Assembly: GCA_964016885.1 (NCBI GenBank)
Contig: OZ024758.1
Span: forward strand, 14,508,001 to 14,572,000
Direction: 5' to 3'
Length of the DNA: 64,000 nucleotides
Origin: Eledone cirrhosa
Lineage: Eukaryota
Shown: one piece after another, positions 13,940 to 28,462 of the stretch
How the letters are laid out: every line of letters begins with the position of its first letter
Numbering within the stretch: position 1 is the first letter of the stretch
Translations under genes and position numbers: made by a program
Notes under the pieces: generated by a model
What the model saw: only the letters and a program-made list of their open reading frames with translations
Database searches by the model: none
Told to the model about the DNA's origin: nothing

Positions 13940-15085
13940 ATGTATGTACATACATACATACATACATACATACATACATACATACATACATACACAGAAC
14001 TGTGTGGTTATATACATACATACATACACAGAAATGTGTGGTTATATACATACATACACAGAAATGTGTGGTTATATACATACATACATACACAGAAATG
14101 TGTGGTTATATACATACATACATACACAGAACTGTGTGGTTATATACATACATACATACATACACAGAACTGTGTGGTTATATACATACATACACAGAAA
14201 TGTGTGGTTATATACATACATACATACACAGAACTGTGTGGTTATATACATACATACACAGAAATGTGTGGTTATATACATACATACATACACAGAACTG
14301 TGTGGTTATATACATACATACACAGAACTGTGTGGTTATATACATACATACACAGAACTGTGTGGTTATATACATACATACACAGAACTGTGTGGTTATA
14401 TACATACATACATACACAGAACTGTGTGGTTATATACATACATACATACACAGAACTGTGTGGTTGTATACATACATACACAGAACTGTGTGGTTATATA
14501 CATACATACACAGAACTGTGTGGTTGTATACATACATACACAGAACTGTGTGGTTATATACATACATACACAGAAATGTGTGGTTATATACATACATACA
14601 TACACAGAAATGTGTGGTTATATACATACATACATACATACATACATACATACATACACAGAAATGTGAGCCTGTATACATATACATACATACATACATA
14701 CAGAGAAATGTGTGCCTGTACACATACATACACAGAAGTGTGTGCCTTTATATATACATACAGAGAAATGTGTGCCTATATACATATATATATATACATA
14801 CACATAAATATGTGCCTATATATATATATATACATACACAGAAATATGTGCCTATATATATATATACATACACAGAAATGTGTGTCTATATACATACATA
14901 CACAGAAATGTGTGTCTATATACATACATACACAGAAATGTGTGTCTATATACATACATACACAGAAATGTGTACGTACATACATACACAGAGATGTGTC
15001 TCTGTACACATACTCATACAGACATACACAAATGTGTACCTATATACATACATACACAGAAATGAGTGCCTATATACATATACAC
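13940..15085. repeat. 30/34-bp compound repeat built on (TACA)n
   Basis: (TACA)n-CAGAACTGTGTGGTTATA units. Confidence 0.92.
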
Positions 15086-15899
15086 ATGCTCGTATATATT
15101 ATTTCTTTTTTGTACCATTTTCAATGTTATGTTGTTGTTGCTGCTGCTGTTGTTCTTTCTAATCTTCCAAAATGAGGGTATCTAAATAAGGAATTGTATA
15201 ATTTTCCAATAACTTACACCACAGTTGCTATCACATCCTGTTTTCTAGCTGCAGTAAACAAACCAATTCTATACCACCAATAGTCAATAAGGGAGCCTCT
15301 ACATGGTTACTAGACCTGCTAGAAATGGCAGCCAAATTTCATGCAATTCATCCACATCTCTACCCTCTGTCTTAACCCCTTTGACACTAAACAATTTGAA
15401 ATCCTTTCTTGTTCTACAATACAAAACTGTTTGTTTTAAAGTTTTTATGTTTAGTTAAAAACCTATCACAATTTTAGGCAAAAACCTTTGTTAATTTATG
15501 TTCCAAACCCCAGCTCAACCCTTTAGCATTTAAATTGGCCATATCTGGCCAGAATTATTTCACCTCTTTGTGTTCAAACTGGCTGCTTATATTTATGTTA
15601 AGGTATTGTCTTCAAAATAAATAATATCAAAATCTCATAGATTCGATATTATCTGAGATATTTATGTGAAATAAAGTGTTTACCATGAAAATACAATAGT
15701 ATATATAGAGAGAGTAATGTAAATACTAAAGGGTTAATAATGAAAAAGTTAGTTGTATTACTAAATCCCTTCAAATTGTTGATTATTTGAAAATCATAGA
15801 CTTTGTATTTTATAAGAAATATGGTAATGAAAGGGTTAAATCAAAATCTTCCTTTACATTTTATCAAATGTGAAAATAAATACCGTGTGTACCATGATA

Positions 15900-16250
15900 A
15901 AACATACCCAGTCCATCTTGTAAGGTGGTTGTGCTGGGGCCACAACAAAAAAGTACCCAGTCACCCTATAATGTAGTCATGGTGACACAACAAAAAGTAC
16001 CCAGTCACCCTTTAATGTAGTCATGGTGACACAACAAAAAGCACCCAGTCACCCTGTAATGTAGTCATGGTGACACAACAAAAAAGCACCCAGTCATTCT
16101 ATAATGTAGTTATGGTGACACAACAAAAAGTACCCAGTCACCCTATAATGTAGTCATGGTGACACAGCAAAAAAGCAACCAGTCACCCTGTAATGTAGTC
16201 ATGGTGACACAACAAAAAAAAGCACCCAGTCCACCCTGCAATGTAGTTTG
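15900..16250. repeat. ~44-bp minisatellite, about 7 units
   Basis: Unit CACAACAAAAAGTACCCAGTCACCCTATAATGTAGTCATGGTGA. Confidence 0.88.
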
Positions 16251-16812
16251 GTTAGAAAACTAAGCCAGAAAACCAAGCCTGAAATGTTTCATATAAATAA
16301 GTTGTGGTCACCTGATGGTAAGGGTGTTGGACTTATGATCATAATATGGTAGGTTCAATTCCTGGGATGGGTTGTGTGTTGTGTTCTTGAGCAAAACTCT
16401 TCATTTCACATTGCTCCAGTATACTCAGCTGTAAATGAATACCAGCCATAGCTGGGGGTTTAACCCTACGATGGATGACATCCTGTGCAGGGTGGAGTCA
16501 TCTACTCTTAGTCGCTTCATGCCACACAAACCGGGATAGGCAGTGGCTTGATGAGCCTCCTGGCTCAAGACAGACTTTAACCCTGCGATGGACTGGTGTC
16601 CTATCCAGAGGGAAGTCGTATACTCTCGCTCACTTCACGCCACAGAACCGGAATATGTACCGGCCTGATGATCCTCCAGGCTTGAAACAGACTTTAGACT
16701 TTTTTTTTTTTGAGAATATACTGGGACTGATTCAGCTGCCACTAACATATTTATTCTTCCTTTCAAAAGTTATAACAGTCAGTATTTCTCAATGTTCTCT
16801 CTTCTATTACAG

Positions 16813-16953
16813 GCTGTGCTGTACTGGTGGCTCTGAAGACCTTCACTCCTGTAGTGAAATACATTCCTGCAGCTGCCCTGGCTGCCATTATTATCCATGC
16901 AGTGATAGGAATGATAGATATTTCAATTGTTAGAAAATTATGGAAGCTAAAAA
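16813..16953 (+). CDS. SLC26A11: SLC26A11-like sulfate/anion transporter, internal exon A (first exon found in window; TM region)
   Basis: Acceptor ttctattacag|, donor |gtgagt; 141 nt, phase 1/1. Translates (G)CAVLVALKTFTPVVKYIPAAALAAIIIHAVIGMIDISIVRKLWKLK, matching the SLC26A11 'YIPxxALAAVIIxAV...LWRVK' segment (recalled family sequence). Confidence 0.9.
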
Positions 16954-16969
16954 GTGAGTTACTTATAAT

Positions 16970-17790
16970 ATCTTCTTCTTTGCCAACTTATTCCTGAGAG
17001 GGTCATGGGGGCAGAGTCTTCAAACACTCCTTCCAGTGGGTCCTGTCTGAAGCAACCATCATCTCCAACAGATCTGGCTGGATCCCCAAGCTTGACCAGC
17101 CAAGCTAATGAGTGTTATCCAACTATCTTGCTTGTGTCTACCCATGGGTTTCTTGCCGCTTGGTTTTGCCCGTAAAATCTGTCCAGTGATTCTTTCCTGA
17201 GACATTCTAACCACGTGCCCATAGTATCAGAGCTGTGATCTCTCGATTCGGAGGAGTATTGGCTCTACCTGGAGTGACTCTCTGATCTCCGAGCTACAAA
17301 TCTGTCCAGTGATTCTTTCCTAAGACATTCTAACCACGTGCCCCTAGTATCAGAGCTGTGATCTCTCGATTCGGAGGAGTATTGGCTCTACCTGGAGTGA
17401 CTCTCTGATCTCCGAGCTACAAATCTGTCCAGTGATTCTTTCCTGAGACATTCTAACCACGTGCCCATAGTATCAGAGCTGTGATCTCTCGATTCGGAGG
17501 AGTATTGGCTCTACCTGGAGTGACTCTCTGATCTCCGAGCTACAAATCTGTCCAGTGATTCTTTCCTAAGACATTCTAACCACGTGCCCCTAGTATCAGA
17601 GCTGTGATCTCTCGATTCAGAGGAGTATTGGCTCTACCTGGAGTGACTCTCTGATCTCCGAGCTACAAATCTGTCCAGTGATTCTTTCCTAAGACATTTT
17701 AACCACGTGCCCCTAGTATCAGAGCTGTGATCTCTCGATTCGGAGAAGTAGGGTCTCTACCTGGAGTGACTCTCTGATCTCTGAGTTACT
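16970..17790 (-). repeat. LINE 3' fragment containing five tandem 123-bp units
   Basis: Unit starts AAATCTGTCCAGTGATTC at 17175, 17298, 17421, 17544 and 17667. A single-copy homolog lies at about 33860-33990. Confidence 0.85.
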
Positions 17791-18209
17791 TAATTATAAT
17801 ATATTTTCTTCAATTGTTTTAAGGCTGTTTTACATGCTAGAGCAAGGGTTAACCTTGCAGGCTGCCATGAGGTCCTTTTAAAGGCAATATTTCCCAGCCA
17901 AATACCCTTCTAGCCATCAACATTTTTAGTCCCCACGTATAATATGGAGTGATACTGTGTATTTATTACTTATATATATATTATATTATTTATATGTATA
18001 TATATATAAATTTGAGAAAAAGCTCTGCATACCCCAGTACACCCTTGAAAAGGTTTGACCAATACAAGCTGAAATGGCTTGGTATCATGCCTAGGTTTTT
18101 ACCCCCCCCCTCCCTCCCTCTCCCTCTCTGTGTAGAGCTAGATAGAGTGTATTATAGTTAAATAAGATAACAAGGACGATTGGTTACTCCTTCATTATGT
18201 TTATTGGTT

Positions 18210-18284
18210 GGTGACGCGCGTTTCGCCACTGATCAGCTTAAGGTTCGATCTGAGCTGACTCTGTAATCTGCAGACCATCAGACC
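18210..18284 (-). ncRNA. Degenerate hammerhead motif with long stem II inside a fold-back element
   Basis: Reverse complement GGT-CTGATGG-...GAGTCAGCTCAGATCGAACCTTAAGCTGATCAGTGGC-GAAA-CGCGCG-TC-ACC-AACC-AATAAA. The stem II sequence resembles that of the 61117-61206 motif. Confidence 0.55.
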
Positions 18285-18569
18285 CCTTGTAATGTTAATC
18301 ACGGATTACAGAGTCAGGTCAGATCGATACAGATCGAACCTTAAGCTGGTCAGTGGCGAAACGCGTGTCACCAACCAATAAACATAATGAAGGAGTAACC
18401 AATCGTCCTTGTTATCTTATTTAACTATAATACAATCTGTATAGTTCTAAACCTCGACACTGAAGTGAACCTAAACATCAAGTGCTAACCCGGGTGAACC
18501 TACAGTAACTCCAAGTTACACTTCCTGGATATATATATATAAGAGCACACATAAAATAGACTCTTTCAG

Positions 18570-18770
18570 TTGACAGGGAGGCTTCTTAGAAGTGGTTGAC
18601 AGCTTTTGTTACCTAGGCAATCAAATTAGCAGTGGGGAAGGATGCGCTGAAAGTGTAATAGCTAGGATAAAAACTAGCTGGAAGAAGTTTAGAGAGATGT
18701 TACCTCTGCTGACAACAAGGGGCTTTTCTCTCAGAGTGAAGGGTAGACTGTTTGCTGCCTGTATGCAGTT
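18570..18770 (+). mobile_element. Internal RTE LINE fragment
   Basis: VDSFCYLG...WKKFREMLPLLTTRGFSLRVKGRL, homologous to the 55556-56704 ORF. Confidence 0.8.
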
Positions 18771-19768
18771 TGTAGGCACAGGCACAGCTGTATGATGCAG
18801 GAGTTTGTAGGTGGAGGCATGGTTGTGGTTAAGGAGGTCATCATGTCACAATCATGAGGTTGTGAGTTTGTTTCCTAGACCTGGAGGTGTGTTGTGTCCT
18901 TTAGCAAGACACTTTATTTCATGTTACTCCAGTTCACTCAGCTGTAGAAATGAGTTGCGACGTCACTGGTGCCAAGCTGTATCGGCCATTGCCTTTCCCT
19001 TGGACAACATTGGTAGTGTGAAGAAGGGAGACTGGTATACATTGGCAACTGCTGGTCTTCTACACAAAACACTTTGCCTGGACTTGTCCTTCACTTTCTA
19101 GGTGCAAATCCCCTAGTCATTTATGACTGAAGGGGGTCTTTATATTACTGTCTTTCCATACAACACCATGTATTAGATCAATATATCAATTATTTATTTA
19201 TATTATATTACATTTTTTTTTAAGTGTTCTGGATTAAATCAAACTCCTGGCTTCGCGTAACAGGAAATAAACATTTCAGACCAAGAAAAAACAGTTGGTT
19301 ATGTTTTATATAATAGATTGGTTGAATCATCTGACATTATGCTTTGCTCTTAAGACAAGGTTAATAGCTTGACTTGCTGCTAACTATCTCACTGAAAAAC
19401 AGCTATTACTCAACTTGAGGGATTTACTTACACCTTTGTTTCCACTCTGCTTTTACTCTGCTTCTTATGCTTTCAAAACTCCCACTTCTACTGCTAATTA
19501 AGTCACCTATATAATAGAAACTATCAACAACTTTTAAAGAGACGTCCAATGATTTGAAAGGATTTATATATGTATCTTGCTACCAATTACTCTATTTCTT
19601 CCACTTTCTCATCAAACATGTCAACTAGTATTTCTTTGTATCTGGCTAAGGGGTCTTTCAGCTTCCAAACATTTCTTCTTCAGAAGGGTGAGTGTCAGTC
19701 CTCAATACCCAATTTATGTGTATATATATATATATGTATATATATGTATGTGTATATATATATATATG

Positions 19769-19831
<63 letters not shown>

Positions 19832-19910
19832 GTGTATATATATATATATATATGTATGTATATATATATATATATATATGTATGTATATATATATATATA
19901 TATATGTATG

Positions 19911-19992
<82 letters not shown>

Positions 19993-20239
19993 GAGAAATT
20001 GCGACATGTGAAATGATTGAGATGACAGGTGAGCTGTATGTTCCTCTCACCTGTGGTGATATTGTGTGGTGGAGATAAATGAATTATTGTAGGACAGAGA
20101 AGAACAACTGGAGATTGGAAATCACTGGTGATGGAAGAGGATGTTGATTTTTTGTTAGCTTCATGTGGGGCTAGGGTTGAGAGAGGAGGAGTAAGGGGGT
20201 AGAGTGAATAGAGAAAAGAGGGGGCAAGGAAGAAAGCGA

Positions 20240-21110
<871 letters not shown>

Positions 21111-21203
21111 AAAAACAACAAAGAAAGTGTATAGTGAAGAAATGTGTCTATGTTTTGTGTTTATGGTACATCAGTTGAAGTTAGATTTGAAACACATCAG
21201 ATA

Positions 21204-21325
21204 GTGTAGTTGTTTGAAACACAGCAGTCAATGTGTAGTTGTTTGAAACACAGCAGTCAATGTGTAGTTGTTTGAAACACAGCAGTCAATGTGTAGTTGT
21301 TTGAAACACAGCAGTCAATGTGTTT
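21204..21325. repeat. 29-bp tandem repeat, about 4 copies
   Basis: Unit TGTGTAGTTGTTTGAAACACAGCAGTCAA. Confidence 0.85.
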
Positions 21326-22884
21326 GGAAAACAGTAATACTAGCCACATTATTGAAAAGTTTTAATGTTTTATGGTAAATAACTTATTTAACCTTTTCAA
21401 TACCATATTTCAAATGAATGATACTGCCCACGATTTTGAAAATAATCAAGATTTTTGAATAACTTAACCTTTTCAATGGTATGGTATGGTATGGTATGGT
21501 ATGGTATGGTATGGTCCCATAACATCTGATAGAGTCGGAGGAGCACCGTATTGACATATGGCATTTCCTGGGCATTTTAAGCCTGTTGAAACCTATCCCT
21601 TTCCAGGCCTAAGTACAGCAGATTTCTTCCAGAGTGAGAGAGAGGATATGAGAAAGAGATATAGAGGAAGAATCCACCCCAGTACTAGATTGGTACTTCT
21701 TTTATTGACCTCGAAAGGATGAAAAGCAAAGTTGACTTGTCGGGATTTGAACTCAGAGAGCTGAAATGAATACTATAAAGCATTCTAGCTGACGTTCTAA
21801 CGACTCGGCCAATTTGCTGCCATAAATACTTAGCTCTTAATATCTTGTAATGATTTAGCCAAAAATATATGAAAATGGGTTGCTAATTTAAATGTTTATA
21901 ATATCTTTACTACTGGATAGAATGTTGTGAAAATTTGCAGTATTAGAATAAATACTTTAGTTTTTCATGTGATGTAATGAAAGTGTTGTCTTATATTTTT
22001 TTAAGAATAGTAGCCAATGCAAAGTACAGGAAATTAAGAGTTAAAATAAAGAGCTTTGTATTGTAGAACTAAGGAGTGGTTTCAGACAGTTTCGTATCAA
22101 AACAGACTCTTGGGAAAATTTGCAGTATTAGAGTGATTTATAATTTGATATAATCATAGCGTTGTTTATATTTTGCAAGAACACTTGTTAATGTGCTTTC
22201 ATGCAATGCAAGACATTAAGAGTTAATAATAAATAACTTTGTGTTGTAGAACTCGGGGTCAGTTTCAAGTGGTTGGGTATCAAAAGAGCTAAAACACAGC
22301 AACAGTAACTACATCATCAAAGAATTTGATATTTTATCGTAAATACCTTATAAAATCTTTTAGATCTGAGGTGAAATGAAAGAAAAAGTAAAGTCTCCTA
22401 TATGAACCAGAGCTAGTTTTGGCTAGGTTGGTATCAAAAGAGTTATAACAGCCAGTCAGTTTGAAACACACTAATAATAGCTGCAGCCTTGGAGAGTTTG
22501 ATATTTTATGGTAAACTAGAGGACCTGCACCATAATAATGAGGGTAATAGCATTGAATATGTGTGGGTGTGTGCACATGCATTTATGTATGTATGTGTGT
22601 GTGTGTGCATGTGTGTCTGTTTTTAAGTTTATGTTCCATAACTTATCAGTTCAAGAAAGAATTTAATAAAATAAGCACTGAGGTGAATATGGTCAACTAG
22701 ATCAAGCTAGTGCCCCAGCATGACCACAGACTAATGACTGAAACCAGTAAAAGAATATATATATATATATATGAGCGAGACACGGTCACCTGACCCAACT
22801 TGCCTCTAAATGGAACAATCTCGTCTAATCCATGGTAGCGTGGAAGATAGACGTTAAACAATGATAGATATATAAAAAAAAAAT

Positions 22885-22919
<35 letters not shown>

Positions 22920-22927
22920 AAGAGAGA

Positions 22928-22976
<49 letters not shown>

Positions 22977-23619
22977 TGAGAGAGAGAGAACAGCTTTTCT
23001 TTCAAGCATGTTCTATTGAATACACAACTGTGCTCAAATTTGATCTTTTTTTTTTTATTAAGTGCATAAGTGACTTCTAAGTACAGCTATTCATCTTCAC
23101 CACTACCACCGCCATCAACACAACAGCTACTGCATCTGTTTTTCCATACTTTCACAGATAAGATGAACCTCCTCAAGAAGAGCATCTCCACTGGTTTCTT
23201 TGCTTTGTCACTTCCTCTGTGTGGTTCAGTTTCTTGAGATCAGCTTTCACCATCTCAGCTCACAGCTTCCTTGATCTTTGTCTTCCATGGCTTCCTTCAC
23301 CAAACAAAGATTCATCCAGTGCAATTTTCTCTACTGCACACCACTGTAGGATTCTGTCTATATTAATATTTTCTCTCAACTTATTTCTGCTTCATCACTC
23401 ATGCACTGCCATTTCACACACACACACACGTGAATTGGCCGAGTCATTAGAACATCGGATAGAATGCTTTATGGTATTCGTTCCTGATCTCTGAGTTCAA
23501 ATCCCACCGAGGTCAACTTTGCTTTTCATCCTTTCGAGGTCGATAAAAAAAGTACCAGTCTAGTACTGGAGTCAATTCTTCCTCTCTCTCACAGAATACT
23601 AGCTCATTACATTGCACAG

Positions 23620-24598
23620 ATGGTTCTATAGAAATAGTGGACACCTTCCGTTACCTGGGTGACAAAATCATCAGTGGGGGAGGGCGCTCTGAAAGTACAG
23701 TAGCTAGAGTCAGAACGGGATAGAAAAAGTTCAGAGAGCTTATACCACTATTGGCCGCTAAAGGGTTCTCTCTAAAAATGAAAAGCAAGCTGTATGATGC
23801 CTGCATACGAACAGCAATGTTACATGGCAGTGAGACCTGGGCATTGTGTGCAGAGGATATATGCAGACTAGAGAGGAATGAAGCTTGCATGCTCCGCTGG
23901 ATGTGTAATAGTAATATACGTGAACGGGAAAGCATAAACGAACTAAGGGAGAAATTAGGAATAAGAGGGATCAGATGTTGTTTACTCGAGAGAAGACTAC
24001 GTTGGTACGGTCACGTGATGCGCATGAAAGACGACAGCTGTATAAAAAAGTGCAGGGCGATAAAAATAGACGGTAGCCACGGAGTAGCAGACCCAGAAAA
24101 ACCTGGGACGACTTGATAAATTCCGACCTCACACACTTACACCTCTCCAAGACAATGTCACTGGACCGAGATCTTTGGCGCTACACAGTAATACAGAAGA
24201 CCCACCTTGCCTAAGTACAAAGCGAAACCTACAGTCAGTAGGCACCTCTAACAAAAATACACCCCTGTCCTACTACCCCCACCCCATCCACACCACCCCG
24301 TTCAATGTGAAGTTATGTTGGTATCACAACATCCAGTCCGAAACAAATGAGGTTGTGTAGCTGTCACGACAAAAAAACACACAGTCCACGCTGTAATGCG
24401 GCCGTGTAGGTAACACGGTAAAAACCTCCCAGTCCACACTGTAAACGTGGTTGGTGTTAGGAAGGGCATCCAGCCGTAGAAAACCCGCCAGACAGTCCTA
24501 TACGAGCAGGACAACCAATCTTGCCTCAAGTGGGAAAACTCCCGTCCAAACCCATGCAAGCGTTGAAGATGGACGTTAAATGGTGATGGTGATGGTGA

Positions 24599-24602
<4 letters not shown>
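23620..24602 (+). mobile_element. Older RTE LINE 3' fragment
   Basis: KLYDACIRTAMLHGSETWA...RRLRWYGHVMRM (23751-24116) with a stop and frameshift; 3'UTR ends in GGACGTTAAA(TGGTGA)n. Confidence 0.88.
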
Positions 24603-24651
<49 letters not shown>

Positions 24652-24657
<6 letters not shown>

Positions 24658-24960
24658 TTGCCTGCTCCTTGCAGAGCTTGAATGCTTCTTGCGCTTATAA
24701 TTTCTCTTTCTTAACACGAGATCATTAATGACTTTTGAGCCTTGAAGGTGTTTGAAGATCTGACTGCAAGTACTGCAGTAATGTCTCATGTCAACATTGG
24801 CTCCATTCTCTGCTTGTTTATTATGAATGTTCAAGTGCTGTTTCAATACTCCGTGGTGTGATTTGCAAGTTTTTTGACAAACATAGCACTGAAACTGGTC
24901 ATCCAGAATGAAATTCCAATAATTCATGTGTGCTTTCCTTGCATGGGCGCTGGTGTGATC
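24652..24960 (-). mobile_element. Degraded C2H2 zinc-finger-encoding fragment, probably the 3' end of a LINE
   Basis: CYVCQKTCKSHHGVLKQHLNIH and a frameshifted second finger CSTCSQIFKHLQG(L)KSH; no splice context; ends at a TA tract. Confidence 0.5.
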
Positions 24961-25795
24961 TTAAACCAGCTTGAGATATGCAGACTTTTGTGCTTAAGGA
25001 ACATTTAATATATATATATATGAAGACTTGTGGCTTAGTAGTTAGGGATTTGGAGTCATGATTCTTAAGGTTGTGAGTTCAATTCCTGGATTGGACAGCA
25101 CATTGTGTCCTTAAGTGAAACACTTCTTTTCACATTGGTCGAGTTCACTCAGTTGGAACTGTGTCTATATTTCCTTTGAACAACATTGGTGACATGGTGA
25201 GGGGAGACTGGCTAGTCTTCCACAAAACAGCTTGCCCAAGATTACATCTTGGAGAGGAACTTTCATGGTGCAAATCCATGGTCTGTCAGGAACAGAGAGG
25301 TCTTTGCATATATACATCCAAGTCCAGGATCTTCTCACTCCTGATGGAGGAACCCCTCCCTAATTGACCTCCACTGCTTCCTATCTCTGGCCATACTGGA
25401 CCATGTGGAGCCGAGGTATTGGGTCAGATCATCACACCGTCTTGCCTTTGGCCACCCTCTAGTTCTTCTCCACAGCCTTGGAGTCCACTCTCTTGCTCTA
25501 ATAGTCCATGTGTTGTCTCTGAGACAGCATCATCCGGCAGCCTCAGCCAAAATGGACTCAACAATTGATCTCCACACGAGTCTGTTGTTCATTGCCGTTG
25601 CTAAGTCCTGGATTTCAATACCAGAATCTCTGGCCAGCCCTTCATGATAGTCTCAGTTAAGTCCTTCACTCTGGTCTGGTGTTGAAACAAGCGCACACAC
25701 ACACACACACACACTCACTATCATGGTGAATGTGTACATAGTAAATTCAGCAATCTATTCATATTTTTATTTCTATCTTTTTTTTTCTATTTCAG

Positions 25796-25854
25796 AAATT
25801 GATCTCGTAATTTATTTAATAACATTTATAATGTCACTATGTCTAGGAATAGAG
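25796..25854 (+). CDS. SLC26A11: SLC26A11-like exon B
   Basis: Polypyrimidine tract + tttcag|, donor |gtaagt; 59 nt, phase 1/0. Translates (K)IDLVIYLITFIMSLCLGIE, in frame with exon A. Confidence 0.88.
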
Positions 25855-25920
25855 GTAAGTATATAGCTTCTTTCATTGATTATATATGTCTATACATGTG
25901 TGTGCATATCTCTCTCTCTC

Positions 25921-25955
<35 letters not shown>

Positions 25956-26168
25956 TAGGTGATTCAGTGAATTACTGGTGGTGGTACCAAAACAAGCATT
26001 CTATACACAGGCAGAGTGTATATATTAGAAAAAATGAGAAGCCTCTACTACTACTGCTGCCATTACTACCACTACCACCACCACCACTACTACCACCACC
26101 ACTAATACTGCTACTATTACTACAACCACCACCACTACTACTACTACCACCACTACTTCTACTCTAAG

Positions 26169-26438
26169 TGGAGGCATGTGGCCTAGTGGTAAGGGTGTTG
26201 GACTTATGATCATAATGTCGTGGGTTCGATTCCTGGGTTGCGTGTTGTGTTCTTGAGCAAAACACTTCATTTCACGTTGCTCCAGTATAGACAGCTGGAA
26301 ATGAATACCAGCAATAGCTGGAGGCTTAACCCTGCGATGGACTGGCGTCCTGTCCAGGGGGGAGTCTTGTACTCCCATTCGCTTCGGATCAGCACCGGCC
26401 AAATGAGCCTTCTGGCTTAAGACAAACTTTAAACTTTT
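26169..26438 (+). mobile_element. tRNA-derived CORE-like SINE with an alternative tail
   Basis: TGGCCTAGTGGTAAGG A box, GGTTCGATTCC B box, TTCTTGAGCAAAACACTT core, AACCCTGCGATGGACTGGCGTCCTGTCCAGGGG segment. Relatives at about 16310-16700, 42375-42620 and 59805-60080. Confidence 0.8.
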
Positions 26439-27044
26439 TTAGACTACTACTACTACTACTACCATCACCATCACTACTACTACTACTACCACCACTACTA
26501 TTACTACCACCGCTACCACTACTACTCTACTACTACTACCATCACCACCACTACTACTACTACTACTACTACCACTACTACCACTACTACTACCACCACC
26601 ACTACTACTACCACTACCACCACTACTACTACCACCACCACTACCACCACTACCACTACCACTACCACCACCACCACCACCACCACCACCACCACCACCA
26701 CCACTACTACTACTACTACTACAGAAGCAGTATGTGAAATGTTTCACTTGGGAAACTATGTAGGGAAGGTTCTATAAACCAACAACAAACAGCAGGGTAG
26801 CAAAAGGCCTTAATAATTCACACAATACAAGGAAAATAAAAACCCAGCCCCTAAAACAAATAAAATCCCCAATGTAATAATAGTAATAATAGTAACAGTA
26901 AAAAAATAAATAAGTAAACGAAATATGATGTGACCCTTAATGATATCAAGATAAAGTAACTAGACCCTAGAGAATAAATATGAGTAGGAATGAGAGAAAC
27001 TCTAAGAGATATACAGGCTACTGTAGTCTATAGTTAGACAAATT

Positions 27045-28462
27045 TTCAACCCTTTTGTCACTATATTTTTCAATGAAAGACATTGACTAAAATTTTTAAA
27101 TAATTTTGTAAATAATTAAAAATTGAGAAGATTTAGTAATATAACTAGCTTTTTCATTATTGGTGTTTTGAATATAACATAACATAACTTATATAAAATT
27201 ATGATGGGGGGTTTAGATAAATAGGAACACTTTAATCCTTTCATTACCAGATTTTTAATAAAAGACATTGCCTAAAATGTTCAAATAATTTTGTAAATAA
27301 TTAAATAGTAATTTAACTAACTTTCTCATTAAGTTAGTGTTTTGAACATAACTTCTTATATAAAATTATGATGGAGGTTTTTAGATAAATAGGAACACTA
27401 ACCCTTTCATTACCATATTTTTAATGAAAGACACTGCCTAAAATTTTCCAATAATTGTGAAAATAATCAAGAATGTGCATTCCAAGTTCAAATTCTACCT
27501 AGGTATTAAAATCCCACGGATGACCAGAGATACTCGCCTGACCTCATGATCACAATTGAATATGAAAGCTGCAATAAGTGGGGGAAGATTGCAAACCATA
27601 TGTTACTGTAGTTGAATAATGATGATAAACTGGTGTTTGGGACATAACAAAAGCTTTTAAATGTAAAAATTACGATGGAGGCTCACGTACAATATGATTT
27701 TCACCCATAAAGAAGAGGAGGCTCAAAAGAAAACCAACAGTCATTCAGGAGGTCACAGAATGTGTGATGAAAGAACTTTGACGAAATAATGAATTATGAT
27801 GGAAGGTTTTAATTTAAATAGGAATACTCTAACAAGGCTAGTGTTTATATAACAGAGAACAAAGGGTGCTCTCAGACAGGTTGATATCAAAAAGTTAACT
27901 CTTTCATTACCATATTTTTAATGAAAGACACTTCCTAGAATTTTCAAATCATTTTGAAAATAATCAAGCTGGTGTTTGTGGCATAACTTAACAAAGATTC
28001 TTACATAAAATTATGATGGAAGGTTTTTAGATAAATATAAACACTTTAGAATAAACAGTTTTGTAGAACCTGGGCCAGTTTGAGGTAGTTTGTTATCAAA
28101 AAAGGTTAATAAGAGTGGTGTTTATGTATCAGAGAACCAAGGGTGGTCTCAAGCAGGTTGGGGTAAAAAAATTTACGCTTTCGTTACCATATTTCTAATG
28201 AAAAACACTGCATGTGATTTTTCAAACCATTTTCAAAATATTCAAGATTTTGGAGGGATGGCGGAGTGGCAATTTTGTAATTTAACTTATGTTCTTATTT
28301 TTAAGCTCATGTTTGGAACATAACTTAAATATTACGATGGAAGATTCTCATATAGAATTATGATGGAAGGTTTTTAGATAAATATAAACACTTCAAAATA
28401 AACATCTTTGTGTCATGGAACCAGGGGTGGTTTCAAGCAGTTTGGTATCAAAGGGGTTAAGT
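27045..28462. mobile_element. Cluster of degraded AT-rich piggyBac-like MITEs (second family)
   Basis: Repeated AACCCTTTCATTACCATATTT starts and GGTATCAAAGGGGTTAA ends. Relatives at about 15371-15838 (with a nested family-1 MITE) and 22000-22450. Confidence 0.55.

Noticed and set aside
15249-15283. tttctag followed by a (T)AVNK reading resembling the SLC26 TAVN motif
   Set aside because: Hits a stop within a few codons, has no SGV/TP continuation and no donor.
22714-22756. CTAATGA...GAAACCAGTA resembling a hammerhead
   Set aside because: No stem II between the motifs and no stem I; this is a common SINE 3' tail also seen at about 7215-7255 and 43305-43350.
24652-24960. Host C2H2 zinc-finger gene
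   Set aside because: Only two fingers, one frameshifted, without TGEKP linkers, antisense within an intron and ending at a microsatellite; more likely a retroelement remnant.
26169-26240. tRNA gene-like A/B boxes
   Set aside because: No complete cloverleaf; continues into SINE core and tail, and occurs as many diverged copies.
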